A stretch of 64,000 nt of DNA from Macrostomum hystrix (lineage: Eukaryota; Animalia; Platyhelminthes), in the NCBI GenBank assembly GCA_950097015.1, contig CATNEN010000034.1, positions 1,922,001 through 1,986,000 on the forward strand, written 5' to 3'. The notes beneath the pieces were generated by a model, which saw only the letters and a program-made list of their open reading frames with translations, did not search any database and was not told the DNA's origin. The position numbers were made by a program, and so were the translations under genes. Numbering within the stretch: the stretch's first letter is position 1; every line of letters starts with the position of its first letter. This document shows positions 12,689 through 24,208 of this stretch, piece by piece.

Positions 12689-13518
12689 CTCGGTGATTGG
12701 TTTGTAGTAGGGTTTCTCGTCCATTTAGGATATCCACAATTGATTTATTTACTTGCCAAATGCTTTTGAAAAATCCATTTTTACTGGATTAGCTTACAAT
12801 ATTCTCTAGTTTTCAGAGCCATATCGAAATGCCTTGGATAAATAGCGGTAGATGTAACTAATTGCCTGACAAACAACACATTATTAGCTGAGATTTTCCT
12901 CGGATCAAGCACAGTCTGACGGAAGGAAGCAAGAAAAGTCTGCTGCTATACTCGTAAAAATCGGGTGAATAAGCTCCTAGGGGAGAGGGTAATTTTCTCC
13001 CTAGCAATCGAAACTGGGCGGGCCCGCCTTGTCTCCTGTAATTAGACAGGATCTGAATTTGCGGGTCAACCTACTCGACACGTTAATGCTGGCCCCAACT
13101 GTGAGAGCCTGATCCGTGTTTTTCATCTTTTTATATCCCAAAAATAGGCCAAAGAGATGTGGCACACTTCCTCAAGTTTTTTTCTTGCAGAGCTGAAGAT
13201 AATCAATCCATCGCTATGCTCTAGTATAGCTCAGATTTTTGCCTACTCTAGTTAGCCTTACGACGTATGCTCTTCGGTCTTAAAATGGAGGAGCAGACCA
13301 TTGAGTGACACTAGACCTGCAGCCAGCGAGGAGGCAAATGCTGCCCATTCCGCTGACTCCTGAGCACACACTCACACAGGTGTGTACATCTGTCCTGACT
13401 TTGTCATCGTCAGGAAGTGTACACTCTCAATGTATTTTGTATGTTGTCACCTCGCAAGTGTAAATTGCGTGACAAGCCGGCAAGCCTTCTCACCACGGCT
13501 GCGCCCCAAATGAATGTG

Positions 13519-13592
13519 GTATCGCCGCGGAATCGAGCTCAGGGACCTTGGTGCGAGAGGCAGACGCGTTAGATCGCTCTGCGACTGACGCA
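13519..13592 (-). mobile_element. Degenerate tRNA-like head, probable SINE
   Basis: Minus strand gcgtcagtcgcagagcgatctaacgcgtctgcctctcgcaccaaggtccctgagctcgattcc has A-box-like and B-box-like (gagctcgattcc) motifs at tRNA spacing. The cloverleaf is imperfect. Confidence 0.35.
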
Positions 13593-13736
13593 AACAATCC
13601 AGCAACCGTTGGGATAATTATTGCTTTGTGTCTGATACAAACAAAGGAATAGGATTACGCTGAAGTATTTATTCACTTCTAGCTGTCAGAGAATCTGGTT
13701 GAAGCACGATAGCCACCAATAATAGCATGCGCTCAC

Positions 13737-13890
13737 CAGCTGACACTTGTCGGCGATGAACTGCGCCGGAGCCGCATCCGGTCAGCGGCGCCGAGCATTG
13801 CCCGGATGCCGACGACGTAAGGCCAGTCAGCGAGCCGCCGCTGTTCACCCGCTGCAGGCTCAGAGTCTGGCGAAGGCTGCCACTGAGCCG
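13737..13890 (-). CDS. Exon of SRCIN1/KIAA1217-like gene
   Basis: Acceptor cttttagttgcag|, donor |gtgagc, 154 nt, phase 0 to 1. RLSGSLRQTLSLQRVNSGG...RRQVSA-G joins GVIFLIY in frame. Confidence 0.7.
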
Positions 13891-13911
13891 CTGCAACTAA
13901 AAGAGGAGCAC

Positions 13912-14563
13912 TCAGATGAGCAGTCAACTGGGGTGTCAGATGAGCAGTCAACTGGGGTGTCAGATGAGCAGTCAACTGGGGTGTCAGATGAGCAGTCAAC
14001 TGGGGTGTTAGATGAGCAGTCAACTGGGGTGTTAGATGAGCAGTCAACTGGGGTGTTAGGTGAGCAGTCAACTGGGGTGTTAGGTGAGCAGTCAACTGGG
14101 GTGTTAGATGAGCAGTCAACTGGGGTGTCAGATGAGCAGTCAACTGGGGTGTTAGATGAGCAGTCAACTGGGGTGTCAGATGAGCAGTCAACTGGGGTGT
14201 TAGATGAGCAGTCAACTGGGGTGTCAGATGAGCAGTCAACTGGGGTGTTAGGTGAGCAGTCAACTGGGGTGTTAGGTGAGCAGTCAACTGGGGTGTTAGA
14301 TGAGCAGTCAACTGGGGTGTCAGATGAGCAGTCAACTGGGGTGTCAGATGAGCAGTCAACTGGGGTGTTAGGTGAGCAGTCAACTGGGGTGTCAGGTGAG
14401 CAGTCAACTGGGGTGTCAGGTGAGCAGTCAACTGGGGTGTCAGGTGAGCAGTCAACTGGGGTGTCAGGTGAGCAGTCAACTGGGGTGTCAGATGAGCAGT
14501 CAACTGGGGTGTTAGATGAGCAGTCAACTGGGGTGTCAGATGAGCAGTCAACTGGGGTGTCAG
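13912..14563. repeat. 24-bp minisatellite, ~27 copies
   Basis: Unit (t/c)ag(a/g)tgagcagtcaactggggtgt. Confidence 0.97.
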
Positions 14564-15469
14564 CTTAGGCTGCCAGATCATGGGCTAATTATTCGATCTA
14601 CCGTGCGTTCAGAATTTTCGTGCATTTGATAAAAAGTTCAAGTATTCGCATTGTTCTACTTGCAGTAGCGATATAAGAAATTAGTGCGGTATTTTCTCTG
14701 TCGAAAATCACAGAATAGTACCCGGATTATTGAAAGTAGTGCTTTTGCGATTAATAATATGATACATTCGATGAGTATTGACTATATTTAAAGTATAAAC
14801 TGTACAGGATTGTGCAGTACCGTATGCATATAAGCTTTGGGATGTGATGTCTTCGAGATTACAACTGGGACATTGGGGTGGGTATCCGGCAGATTTACTG
14901 CATGAGGGAAAAATCAAGGCCAGGCCTGCATTGATGAGGAGTCCGGAGGAGACTGGGGGGCAGTGGGGATACGAAGGGGCTGCCGCAGCTGAATAAAAAA
15001 TCCGAAAAGCCATTCTTGTAGGTGTCATGTAAACTGCCGATTCTCTGTTTGCGGCTGCTCTCAATTCCCACCGCGCATTTTTGTCTGAGCCGAAACTCCT
15101 CAGCCTCACCAAAATGGTGTGTCAGAATTCCACTCCTCTGATTGCGGATGACAATGAATGCGAGCTATGAAAGGAGCAGCAGCACTCACTCTCTGCCCTT
15201 CCCCCTTCCTGCACAACACGACTCCATTCACTATTCTACGGGCGAACAGCAAGCATGCCGTTTGCTGGCTGCGTAATGCGGGTCCGGCTGTCCTCATGCC
15301 CGATCTTGCTTACAATTCTACTCTCCAAGTTTAAGCATGCCACATTCTCAGCTATGTCTTCTCATCACAATTCTCCAATTTCAAATCACATCTCCATGCT
15401 ATCTCACATGACCTATCTAGTCTCTCGTCCTTTCTAATTTTTCATCTATTCTCATGTCACCATTCATCC

Positions 15470-17035
15470 TATCTCTCTTACTTCTCCTGCCCTACTCATC
15501 TCTCTTTTCTCTCCTGTCTCCTCCCTCCTCTCTCCTCTCTTGTCTCCTCTGTCCTGTCTCCTCCCTCCTCTCTCCTCTCCTGTATCCTCTCTCCTGTCTC
15601 CTCCCTCCTCTCTCCTGTCTCCTCCCTCCTCTCTCCTGTCTCTTCCCTCCTCTCTCCTGTCTCCTCCCTCCTCTCTCCTGTCTCCTCCCTCCTCTCTCCT
15701 GTCTCCTCCCTCCTCTCTCCTGTCTCCTCCCTCCACTTTCGTCTTCTCTCTCCTCTCCTCCCTCCTCTCTCCTCTCCTGTCTCCTCTCCCCTCTCCTGTC
15801 TCCTCTCTCCTCTCCCCTCACCTGTCTCCTCTGTCCTGTCTCCTCCCTCCTCTCTCCTCTCCTGTCTCCTCTCTCCTGTCTCCTCCCTCCTCTCTCCTGT
15901 CTCCTCCCTCCTCTCTCCTGTCTCCTCCCTCCTCTCTCCTGTCTCCTCCCTCCTCTCTCCTGTCTCCTCCCTCCTCTATCCTGTCTCCTTCCTCCAATTT
16001 CGTCTTCTCTCTCCTCTCCTCCCTCCTCTCTCCTCTCCTGTCTCCTCTCCCCTCTCCTGTCTCCTCTCTCCTCTCCTGTCTCCTCTCCTGTCTCCTCTCT
16101 CCTCTCTCCTCCCTACTCTCTCCTTTCCTGTCTCCTCTGTCCTGTCTCCTCCCTTCTCTCTCCTCTCCTGTCTCCTCTGTCCTGTCTCCTCCCTCTTCTC
16201 TCCTTTCTCCTCCCTCCCCTTTGTCTTCTCTCTCCTCTCCTCCCTCCTCTCTCCTCTCCTGTCTCCTCTCTCCTCTCCTGTCTCCTCTGTCCTGTCTCCT
16301 CCCTCCTCTCTCCTCTCCTGTCTCCTCTGTCCTGTCTCCTCCCTCCTCTCTACTCTCCTGTCTCCTCTGTCCTGTCTCCTCCCTCCTCTCTCCTCTCCTG
16401 TCTCCTCTGTCCTGTCTCCTCCCTCCTCTCTCCTCTCCTGTCTCCTCTGTCCTGTCTCCTCCCTCCTCTCTCCTCTCCTGTCTCCTCTGTCCTGTCTCCT
16501 CCCTCCTCTCTCCTCTCCTTTCTCCTCTCTCCTTTCTCCTGCCTCCTCTCTCCTGTCTCCTCCTTCCTCTTTCGTCTCCTCTCTCCTCTCCTGTCTCCTC
16601 TCTCCTCTCTCCTCCCTACTCTCTCCTTTCCTGTCTCCTCTGTCCTGTCTCCTCCCTTCTCTCTCCTCTCCTGTCTCCTCTCTCCTTTCTCCTCCCTCCT
16701 CTCTCCTGTCTCCTCCCTCCTCTTTCGTCTTCTCTCTCCTCTCCTCCCTCCTCTTTCGTCTTCTCTCTCCTCTCCTCCCTCCTCTCTCCTCTCCTCCCTC
16801 CTCTCCTCCCTCCTCTCCCCTCTCCTGTCTCCTCTCTCCTCTCCTGTCTCCTCTGTCCTGTCTCCTCCCTCCTCTCTCCTCTCCTTTCTCCTCTCTCCTT
16901 TCTCCTGCCTCCTCTCTCCTGTCTCCTCCTTCCTCTTTCGTCTTCTCTCTCCTCTCCTCCCTCCTCTCCCCTCTCCTGTCTCCTCTCTCCTGTCTCCTGT
17001 CTCCTCTCTCCTGTCTCCTCCCTACCCTCTGCTCT
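15470..17035. repeat. ~1.6-kb polypyrimidine (CT-rich) low-complexity repeat
   Basis: Almost only C and T with sparse G; tctcctgtctcctccctcctc-type units. Confidence 0.95.
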
Positions 17036-17658
17036 CCTGTTTGTTTGTAGCTTTTTTCAATGTCCTGAATTTTTTTTTCTGTCTTATTATATTCATTCAT
17101 TTTCCAATATTCGTTTCTCATCTGCGTCTCATTCTAGAACTCTCTTCTTTGACTTGCTGTTTGCTCCCCCAGCCCATCGTCAGGCGGAGCAACCAAGTGG
17201 AGAATAATTGATGAAGCTTGCGACTTGGAGACTGGGACGAGAGTAGGAGAAACAAGAGAGAGGGTGGAGAAAGCGATCTGACCTGCGCCCAACTGACCAG
17301 CATTGTGGAGGAGAGTTCATTCTGACAAAAGCACAGAGAGCAAACAACACAGACACACACACACATGAGCACACTCATGACCTCCAGTGCTGATTTCTCA
17401 CACTTCTCTCTTACCTCCTCAGTCTATGAAGGACATTCTATGAGAGCTAGAATGAATGGTAGGAATTCAACTGCCAAGCACGCCATTTTCCAATTCATTT
17501 GTGCGGCTCAAGGCTGCATTGTCACTAACTTTCTTAGAAACGGCTCAGAAGTACAAGCTTGAATATCCTAAAAGATAGCACTTTTTAGGGAAAAGATTTC
17601 ATGGGCGATTTGACACCTAAAAGGAGCCGCAGTTTCTTAATCCATCAAGAAATTTAAA

Positions 17659-18168
17659 GGATTCTAGGGTAATCAAAATTGGATTCCAGGGTAATCTGGG
17701 GATTCCAGGGTAATCTGAGGATTCCAGGGTAATCTGTGGGACTCCAGGGTAATCTGTGGGACTCCAGGGTAATCTGCGAGATTTCAGGGTAATCTGGGGT
17801 ATTCCAGTGTAATCTGGGGGATTCCAGGGTAATCTAAAATCGATTCCATAGTAATCTGGGGGATTCCAGGGTAATCTGAGGATTCCAGGGTAATTTTAGG
17901 GATTCCAGGGTAATCTGGTGGATTCCAGGGTAATCTGAGAGATTCCAGGGTAATCTGGAAATTCCACGGTAATTTTAGGGATTCCAGGGTAATTTTGCGG
18001 ATTGCAGGGTAATCACAAGGATTCCGGGGTAATTTTGAGGATTCCAGGGTTATCTGTGGGATTCCAGGGTAATCTGAGAGATTTCAGGTTAATCTGGGGT
18101 ATTCCATGGTAATCTGGGGGATTCCAGGGTAATCTGGGGGATTCCAGGGTAATCTAAAATTGATTCCA
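17659..18168. repeat. Degenerate 21-22-bp minisatellite (gattccagggtaatctgggg)
   Basis: Repeated attccagggtaat core. Confidence 0.9.
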
Positions 18169-18641
18169 ACAGTATTGCAGGTCGAGAATTTGACTGCATT
18201 AGTAGCCAGTCATACCCGAGTACAAAGTTTTCCCAATTTCCAAAATCTCCCCTAACTAACCTTAGCATAACCAAACCAAGAAACTTGTTCGCAGCTTTTA
18301 AACTGATTGACAAACTGGCAATGTCGGCCCATGCATATTTGCACAAAAACAGCTAGCAGCAGCTCAGATTTTAGAATTCAATCTTAAAGTTGAGCAAATA
18401 GAGTGAGTTCCATTTGAGCATCCTGTTGGAACAGATTTCTTCGCCCGTCTCCGACAATCTCAAATTTGATTGTCACATCATATTTGCAACCGGATAGAGA
18501 GAGTATTTGCAGCATAGGTTCGCTCTGTCTGACTAAGAAATAAATGCATGAAAAGTATGAAGTCTGAAATCAGCGATGCGAAACATAAGTAAGGACGATT
18601 TTTATTCTTAGCACTTTGAGCTGTAAAAACTGCAAAATACC

Positions 18642-18968
18642 TGTCTGTCTAACAGGTTAGATTAACTTTGTGACAGTTGAGATTGTCTGTCTAACAGTCA
18701 TGTCTAACAGGTAAGAATGTCTGTCTAACAGATAAGATGGCCTGTCTAACAGGTGAGATTGTCTGTCTAACAGATAAGATGGCCTGTCTAACAGGTGAGA
18801 TTGTCTATCTAACAGATAAGATGGCCTGTCTAACAGGTGAGATGTGTCTGTATAACAGGTGAGATGTGTCTGTATAACAGGTGAGATGTGTCTATCTAAC
18901 AGATGAGATTGTCTATCTAACAGGTGAGATTGTCTGTCGAACAGAGCTTGTCTGTCTAAGAGGTGAGA
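18642..18968. repeat. Degenerate 21-22-bp minisatellite (ctaacaggtgagattgtctgt)
   Basis: Repeated tgtctaacag(g/a)t(g/a)aga core. Confidence 0.85.
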
Positions 18969-19502
18969 CTCTAATAATCGTTATAAAAATGGCTGTCCAC
19001 TTTAGCGCACTGCTTAGGTTGCTGAAAACTGTTTAGCTCTGTTAGTTTGCTTGTTGTCGGTTTTGGAACATTGCGTAAGACTTAGCAAACATAACTTATT
19101 CTTACTAACAAATTCAGCGACCAATTATTTTATAGTAGAGCCGTCATTCATTTGACTGATTGATGGCTGTTTTGCGTCCAGCAGAAACCTGTGCCTCTCC
19201 TCTCTTCCCCAGGGGAAATTTGGCACCTAGTAACTGGAAACTCTCGGCTGACTCGTTCCCTCAGAATTTTTTTCTCTGGTATGCAGTTTTTCTGCGATTG
19301 TCGTTTGATAGTTTCTGCTCTGATAGTCAAAGGCAACTGTCCAACGCCTATTGCGTCTTTCTTATCTTAAACTATATATGATCTGTTAATTGTCTGCCTG
19401 TATCGATTCAATTGGAGAACAGACTGGGTGTACTCAAACCTTGACTATGCTCCAAAGACAAACTGACTGAGAAAATTACTGAGTGAGATAGATCAAATTA
19501 GA

Positions 19503-19928
19503 CAGACACTGTGAGACACTGTGAGACACTGCGAGACACTGTGAGACACTGTGAGACACTGTGAGACACTGTGAGACACTGTGAGACACTGTGAGACACT
19601 GCGAGGCACTGTGAGACACTGCGAGGCACTGTGAGACACTGCGAGGCACTGTGAGACACTGTGAGACACTGCGAGGCACTGTGAGACACTGCGAGGCACT
19701 GTGAGACACTGTGAGACACTGTGAGACACTGTGAGACACTGTGAGACACTGTGAGACACTGTGAGACACTGCGAGGCACTGTGAGACACTGCGAGGCACT
19801 GTGAGACACTGCGAGGCACTGTGAGACACTGCGAGGCACTGTGAGACACTGCGAGGCACTGTGAGACACTGTGAGACACTGTGAGACACTGTGAGACACT
19901 GTGAGACACTGTGAGACACTGTGAGACA
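19503..19928. repeat. 10-bp minisatellite (gtgagacact / gcgaggcact)
   Basis: Exact 10-bp period with two alternating alleles. Confidence 0.97.
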
Positions 19929-19944
19929 GATTCAGGTACTGTAA

Positions 19945-20348
19945 GACAGGGAATGAGACACAGAATGAGACACAGTAAGACACAGAATGTAACACAGTAA
20001 GACACAGAATGAGACACAGTAAGACACAGAATGAGACACAGTAAGACACAGAATGAGACACAGTAAGACACAGAATGAGACACAGTAAGACACAGAATGA
20101 GACACAGTAAGACACAGAATGAGACACAGTAAGACACAGAATGAGACACAGTAAGACACAGGATGAGACACAGTAAGACACAGGATGAGACACAGTAAGA
20201 CACAGAATGAGACACAGTAAGACACGGAATGAGACACAGTAAGACACAGAATGAGACACAGTAAGACACAGAATGAGACACAGTAAGACACAGGATGAGA
20301 CACAGTAAGACACAGAATGAGACACAGTAAGACACAGGATGAGACAGT
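19945..20348. repeat. 22-bp minisatellite (gagacacagtaagacacagaat)
   Basis: About 18 copies, abutting the 10-bp array. Confidence 0.95.
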
Positions 20349-20840
20349 CTGTTGAATCGACAATGTTAGTTATTCCTGGATGCAGGGTGGTTTCAACCCG
20401 TAGGGTGATGAATTGTCAAGCATGTATTTAGAAAATTAGTTTATTTCAACTTGAATTAACAACTCTCTGGAAAGGCTGTTGTATATCATTAGCACGATAA
20501 ATTGGATTTAGCATTCAATATTACAACAGTACATAACGGTCATTCGAAATCTATTATATATAATGGACTTATCACTAACGCCAAGCTCCTTGGGGAATCA
20601 ATTAATTAGCCTAATGACTGCGAGAATGTGGTTTGTGTGCTCCACACGTTTCGTGCGCTTGCATTGTTTGGACCTATCGGAGGCGTATAACACAATTAAT
20701 TGCCTCGCAGCAACGCAAGCCAACCATGTCAGTAATACTTTTAATAAACTACTTCTTCAACTGAGGTTCAGTGAAAATGCATCTGCTATTCATTGTTTTT
20801 TTGTTTTTCTGTGACGTTGGGACCTTTGATTATTCGAAAA

Positions 20841-21625
20841 TGTCCTGCTGGAGTCTAACATGTCCTGCTGGAGTCTAACATGTCCTGCTGGAGTCTAACA
20901 TGTCCTGCTGGAGTCTAACATGTCCTGCTGGAGTCTGACATGTCCTGCTGGAGTCTAACATGTCCTGCTGGAGTCTAACATGTCCTGCTGGAGTCTAACA
21001 TGTCCTGCTGGAGTCTAACATGTCCTGCTGGAGTCTAACATGTCCTGCTGGAGTCTAACATGTCCTGCTGGAGTCTAACATGTCCTGCTGGAGTCTAACA
21101 TGTCCTGCTGGAGTCTAACATGTCCTGCTGGAGTCTAACATGTCCTGCTGGAGTCTAACATGTCCTGCTGGAGTCTAACATGTCCTGCTGGAGTCTAACA
21201 TGTCCTGCTGGAGTCTAACATGTCCTGCTGGAGTCTAACATGTCCTGCTGGAGTCTAACATGTCCTGCTGGAGTCTAACATGTCCTGCTGGAGTCTAACA
21301 TGTCCTGCTGGAGTCTAACATGTCCTGCTGGAGTCTAACATGTCCTGCTGGAGTCTAACATGTCCTGCTGGAGTCTAACATGTCCTGCTGGAGTCTAACA
21401 TGTCCTGCTGGAGTCTAACATGTCCTGCTGGAGTCTAACATGTCCTGCTGGAGTCTAACATGTCCTGCTGGAGTCTAACATGTCCTGCTGGAGTCTAACA
21501 TGTCCTGCTGGAGTCTAACATGTCCTGCTGGAGTCTAACATGTCCTGCTGGAGTCTAACATGTCCTGCTGGAGTCTAACATGTCCTGACCGAGTCTAACA
21601 TGTCCTGACCGAGTCTAACATGTCC
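20841..21625. repeat. 20-bp minisatellite, ~39 near-identical copies
   Basis: Unit tgtcctgctggagtctaaca. One variant near 20938 and two gacc variants at the right edge. Confidence 0.98.
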
Positions 21626-21650
21626 TTATGAAGTAAAAAATTTGACTCAC

Positions 21651-22031
21651 TTTGGCTGTCGCCGCCTGCAGCCTCCGGCCGCGCTGAGGTGCTCTTTCTG
21701 CGGGCCGTTGCCTCCAGCCACACCTCTCATCGTCGCTGTGCAGCTGTGCTTCGTCCCCAACTGCCGACGACGCCGACGTCGTCATTGGAAACGGCGGCGA
21801 CGCTACGGACACCGACGAGCCAGCGTCGGGACCCTTCGTAGCCACTCGAAAACGACAAGCACCGCCGACGCTTGAGCAAGCCGACGTCCGGCGCTCAGAC
21901 GCCTGACGGTCGCTGAAATCTCCGTGCCTAAGCAGCGTCTGGATGGACCGGCGGGACAGCTGCGACAGCCGGCCATCCTCTTCCTCCGACGCTGGCGTCG
22001 ACGCCGTCGCCTCCTCCGCCGTCGTCATCAT
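21651..22031 (-). CDS. Probable first or upstream coding exon of the SRCIN1/KIAA1217-like gene
   Basis: GC-rich open frame from ATG ATG (22031) MMTTAEEATAST...AATAK ending at a consensus donor |gtgagt (21650), same strand as the downstream exons. The link to them was not resolved. Confidence 0.45.
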
Positions 22032-23179
22032 TGACCAACCGTCGCCGCCAGCGATGGTTTGCGAGCGGGGCAGCCGCAGACGGGTGAGGCAAACTGGCCG
22101 CGCTGCTGCCGATGCTAATGTTGCTGAATGTCTCTTCGACGGTCGATGGTCTTCGACAATCTCAGGACCGCTGCTTGCAGCCAAGCTGTACTCTGTGGAG
22201 GCGACAAAGCTTTTGTTCAGTGAAAATTGGTAGACTCGCCAAAGCTTCCACTTACTGACTAAACAGCCCAGCGGTTCTCTGGGCTCGCTCACTCATTCTA
22301 CTCACTAACTGGCGCACTCACACTTCTGCGGCATTGAAAGAGCTCTTCGCCGTTTCGCTGTGTCTGCTGTGAGTTAAAAGAGGCAAGAGAACCCTCCCCA
22401 CCCCAGAACTGAGTAGTTCCGGGACCCAGCTTTCATTGGTTATTCACATCTCCTCACCCACCCCACCATGTCCCCTACACACACTCCGTATATTCAGTGC
22501 GGCCTCTCAAATGCTCTACTTAAAATTTGACAAATGCAACGCATTCTAAGTCACTTTCCTCATTTCTCCCTTCCTCTTCGTGTCTTCTACTATTTCGTGG
22601 GGCCAGCTATTTGTGCCAAAATCTAGCCCTTTATAGTAAACTACTCTTATGTACGTATGACAAGGGAATCCTTCATGACTCCAGTATTATCAGGGCATTC
22701 ATCTGTGTCTCTACATATTTAGACAGCAATAGAATGTCCTTCAGTCAATGTTGGGGTTGGCAGAGAATGGGAACTGACAGAAAATGCTGCATTTTCCTAG
22801 AGCAAGGGCGCTCGCTGTATTGCAGGCAGAACTGTGTAGGAAGCTCTGGATCAGCCCAGACTCTGGGACTAGTGAGCTGTTAGTATCTACAATAGAAAGA
22901 CCAAGCAATTTCGCCCTAGGGAAAGACAACACCCTAGGGGGTGTCTCAAGTACCCGCTGCCTACTTATCGATGGATCTAAAACCGAATGACCGATTTTCG
23001 TAAAAATCCACCCTCGGATCAACATTTTCCGTCCTTAACGATCAACTAGTTTTCAAAGCAGTCCGACTTCAGCATCGACTAGATATTCAGCAACTTTTGT
23101 GGAAAATCCAGGTGACAAGTACAACAAACATTGCTCAGTGTAAACCTTGTTGGCGAATCCATATTGGTTCAAAATAAAA

Positions 23180-24208
23180 AACTAACAGTTGTCTCATCTC
23201 TCCCATGTCTCATGCTCTCCCGTGTCTCATCTCTCCCGTGTCTCATCTCTCCCGTGTCTCATCTCTCCCATGTCTCATCTCTCCCGTGTGTCATCTCTCC
23301 CGTGTCTCATCTCTCCCGTGTCTCATCTCTCCCGTGTCTCATCTCTCCGTTGTCTCATCTCTCCCGTGTCTCATCTCTCCCATGTCTTATCTCTCCCATG
23401 TCTCATCTCTCCCGTGTCTCATCTCTCCCATGTCTTATCTCTCCCGTGTCTCATCTCTCCCATGTCTTATCTCTCCCATGTCTCATCTCTCCCGTGTCTC
23501 ATCTCTCCCATGTCTCATCTCTCCCGTGTCTCATCTCTCCCGTGTCTCATCTCTCCCGTGTCTCATCTCTCCCGTGTCTCATCTCTCCCGTGTCTCATCT
23601 CTCCCGTGTCTCATCTCTCCCGTGTCTCATCTCTCCCGTGTGTCATCTCTCCCGTGTCTCATCTCTCCCGTGTCTCATCTCTCCCGTGTCTTATCTCTCT
23701 CATGTCTCATCTCTCCCGTGTCTCATCTCTCCCGTGTCTCATCTCTCCCATGTCTCATCTCTCCCGTGTCTCATCTCTCCCGTGTCTCATCTCTCCCGTG
23801 TCTCATCTCTCCCGTGTCTTATCTCTCTCATGTCTCATCTCTCCCGTGTCTAATGTCTCCCGTGTCTCATCTCTCCCGTGTGTCATCTCTCCCGTGTCTT
23901 ATCTCTCCCATGTCTCATCTCTCCCGTGTCTCATCTCTCCCGTGTCTCATCTCTCCCGTGTCTCATCTCTCCCGTGTCTTATCTCTCTCATGTCTCATCT
24001 CTCCCGTGTCTAATGTCTCCCGTGTCTCATCTCTCCCGTGTGTCATCTCTCCCGTGTCTCATCTCTCCCGTGTCTTATCTCTCTCATGTCTCATCTCTCC
24101 CGTGTCTCATCTCTCCCATGTCTCATCTCTCCCGTGTCTCATCTCTCCCATGTCTCATCTCTCCCATGTCTCATCTCTCCCGTGTCTCATCTCTCCCATG
24201 TCTCATCT
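23180..24208. repeat. 16-bp minisatellite (gtgtctcatctctccc), ~64 copies
   Basis: Visible 16-bp period. Confidence 0.97.

Noticed and set aside
13380-13412. Hammerhead-ribozyme-like CTGACGA plus hairpin (minus strand)
   Set aside because: Stem II is followed by GGAC rather than the required GAAA, and stems I and III were not found.
15109-15163. Candidate 55-nt exon (tttcatag| ... |gtgagg)
   Set aside because: The splice signals look real, but no phase joins it to exon 13737-13890 without a stop or frameshift. Left unannotated; intervening exons may have been missed.
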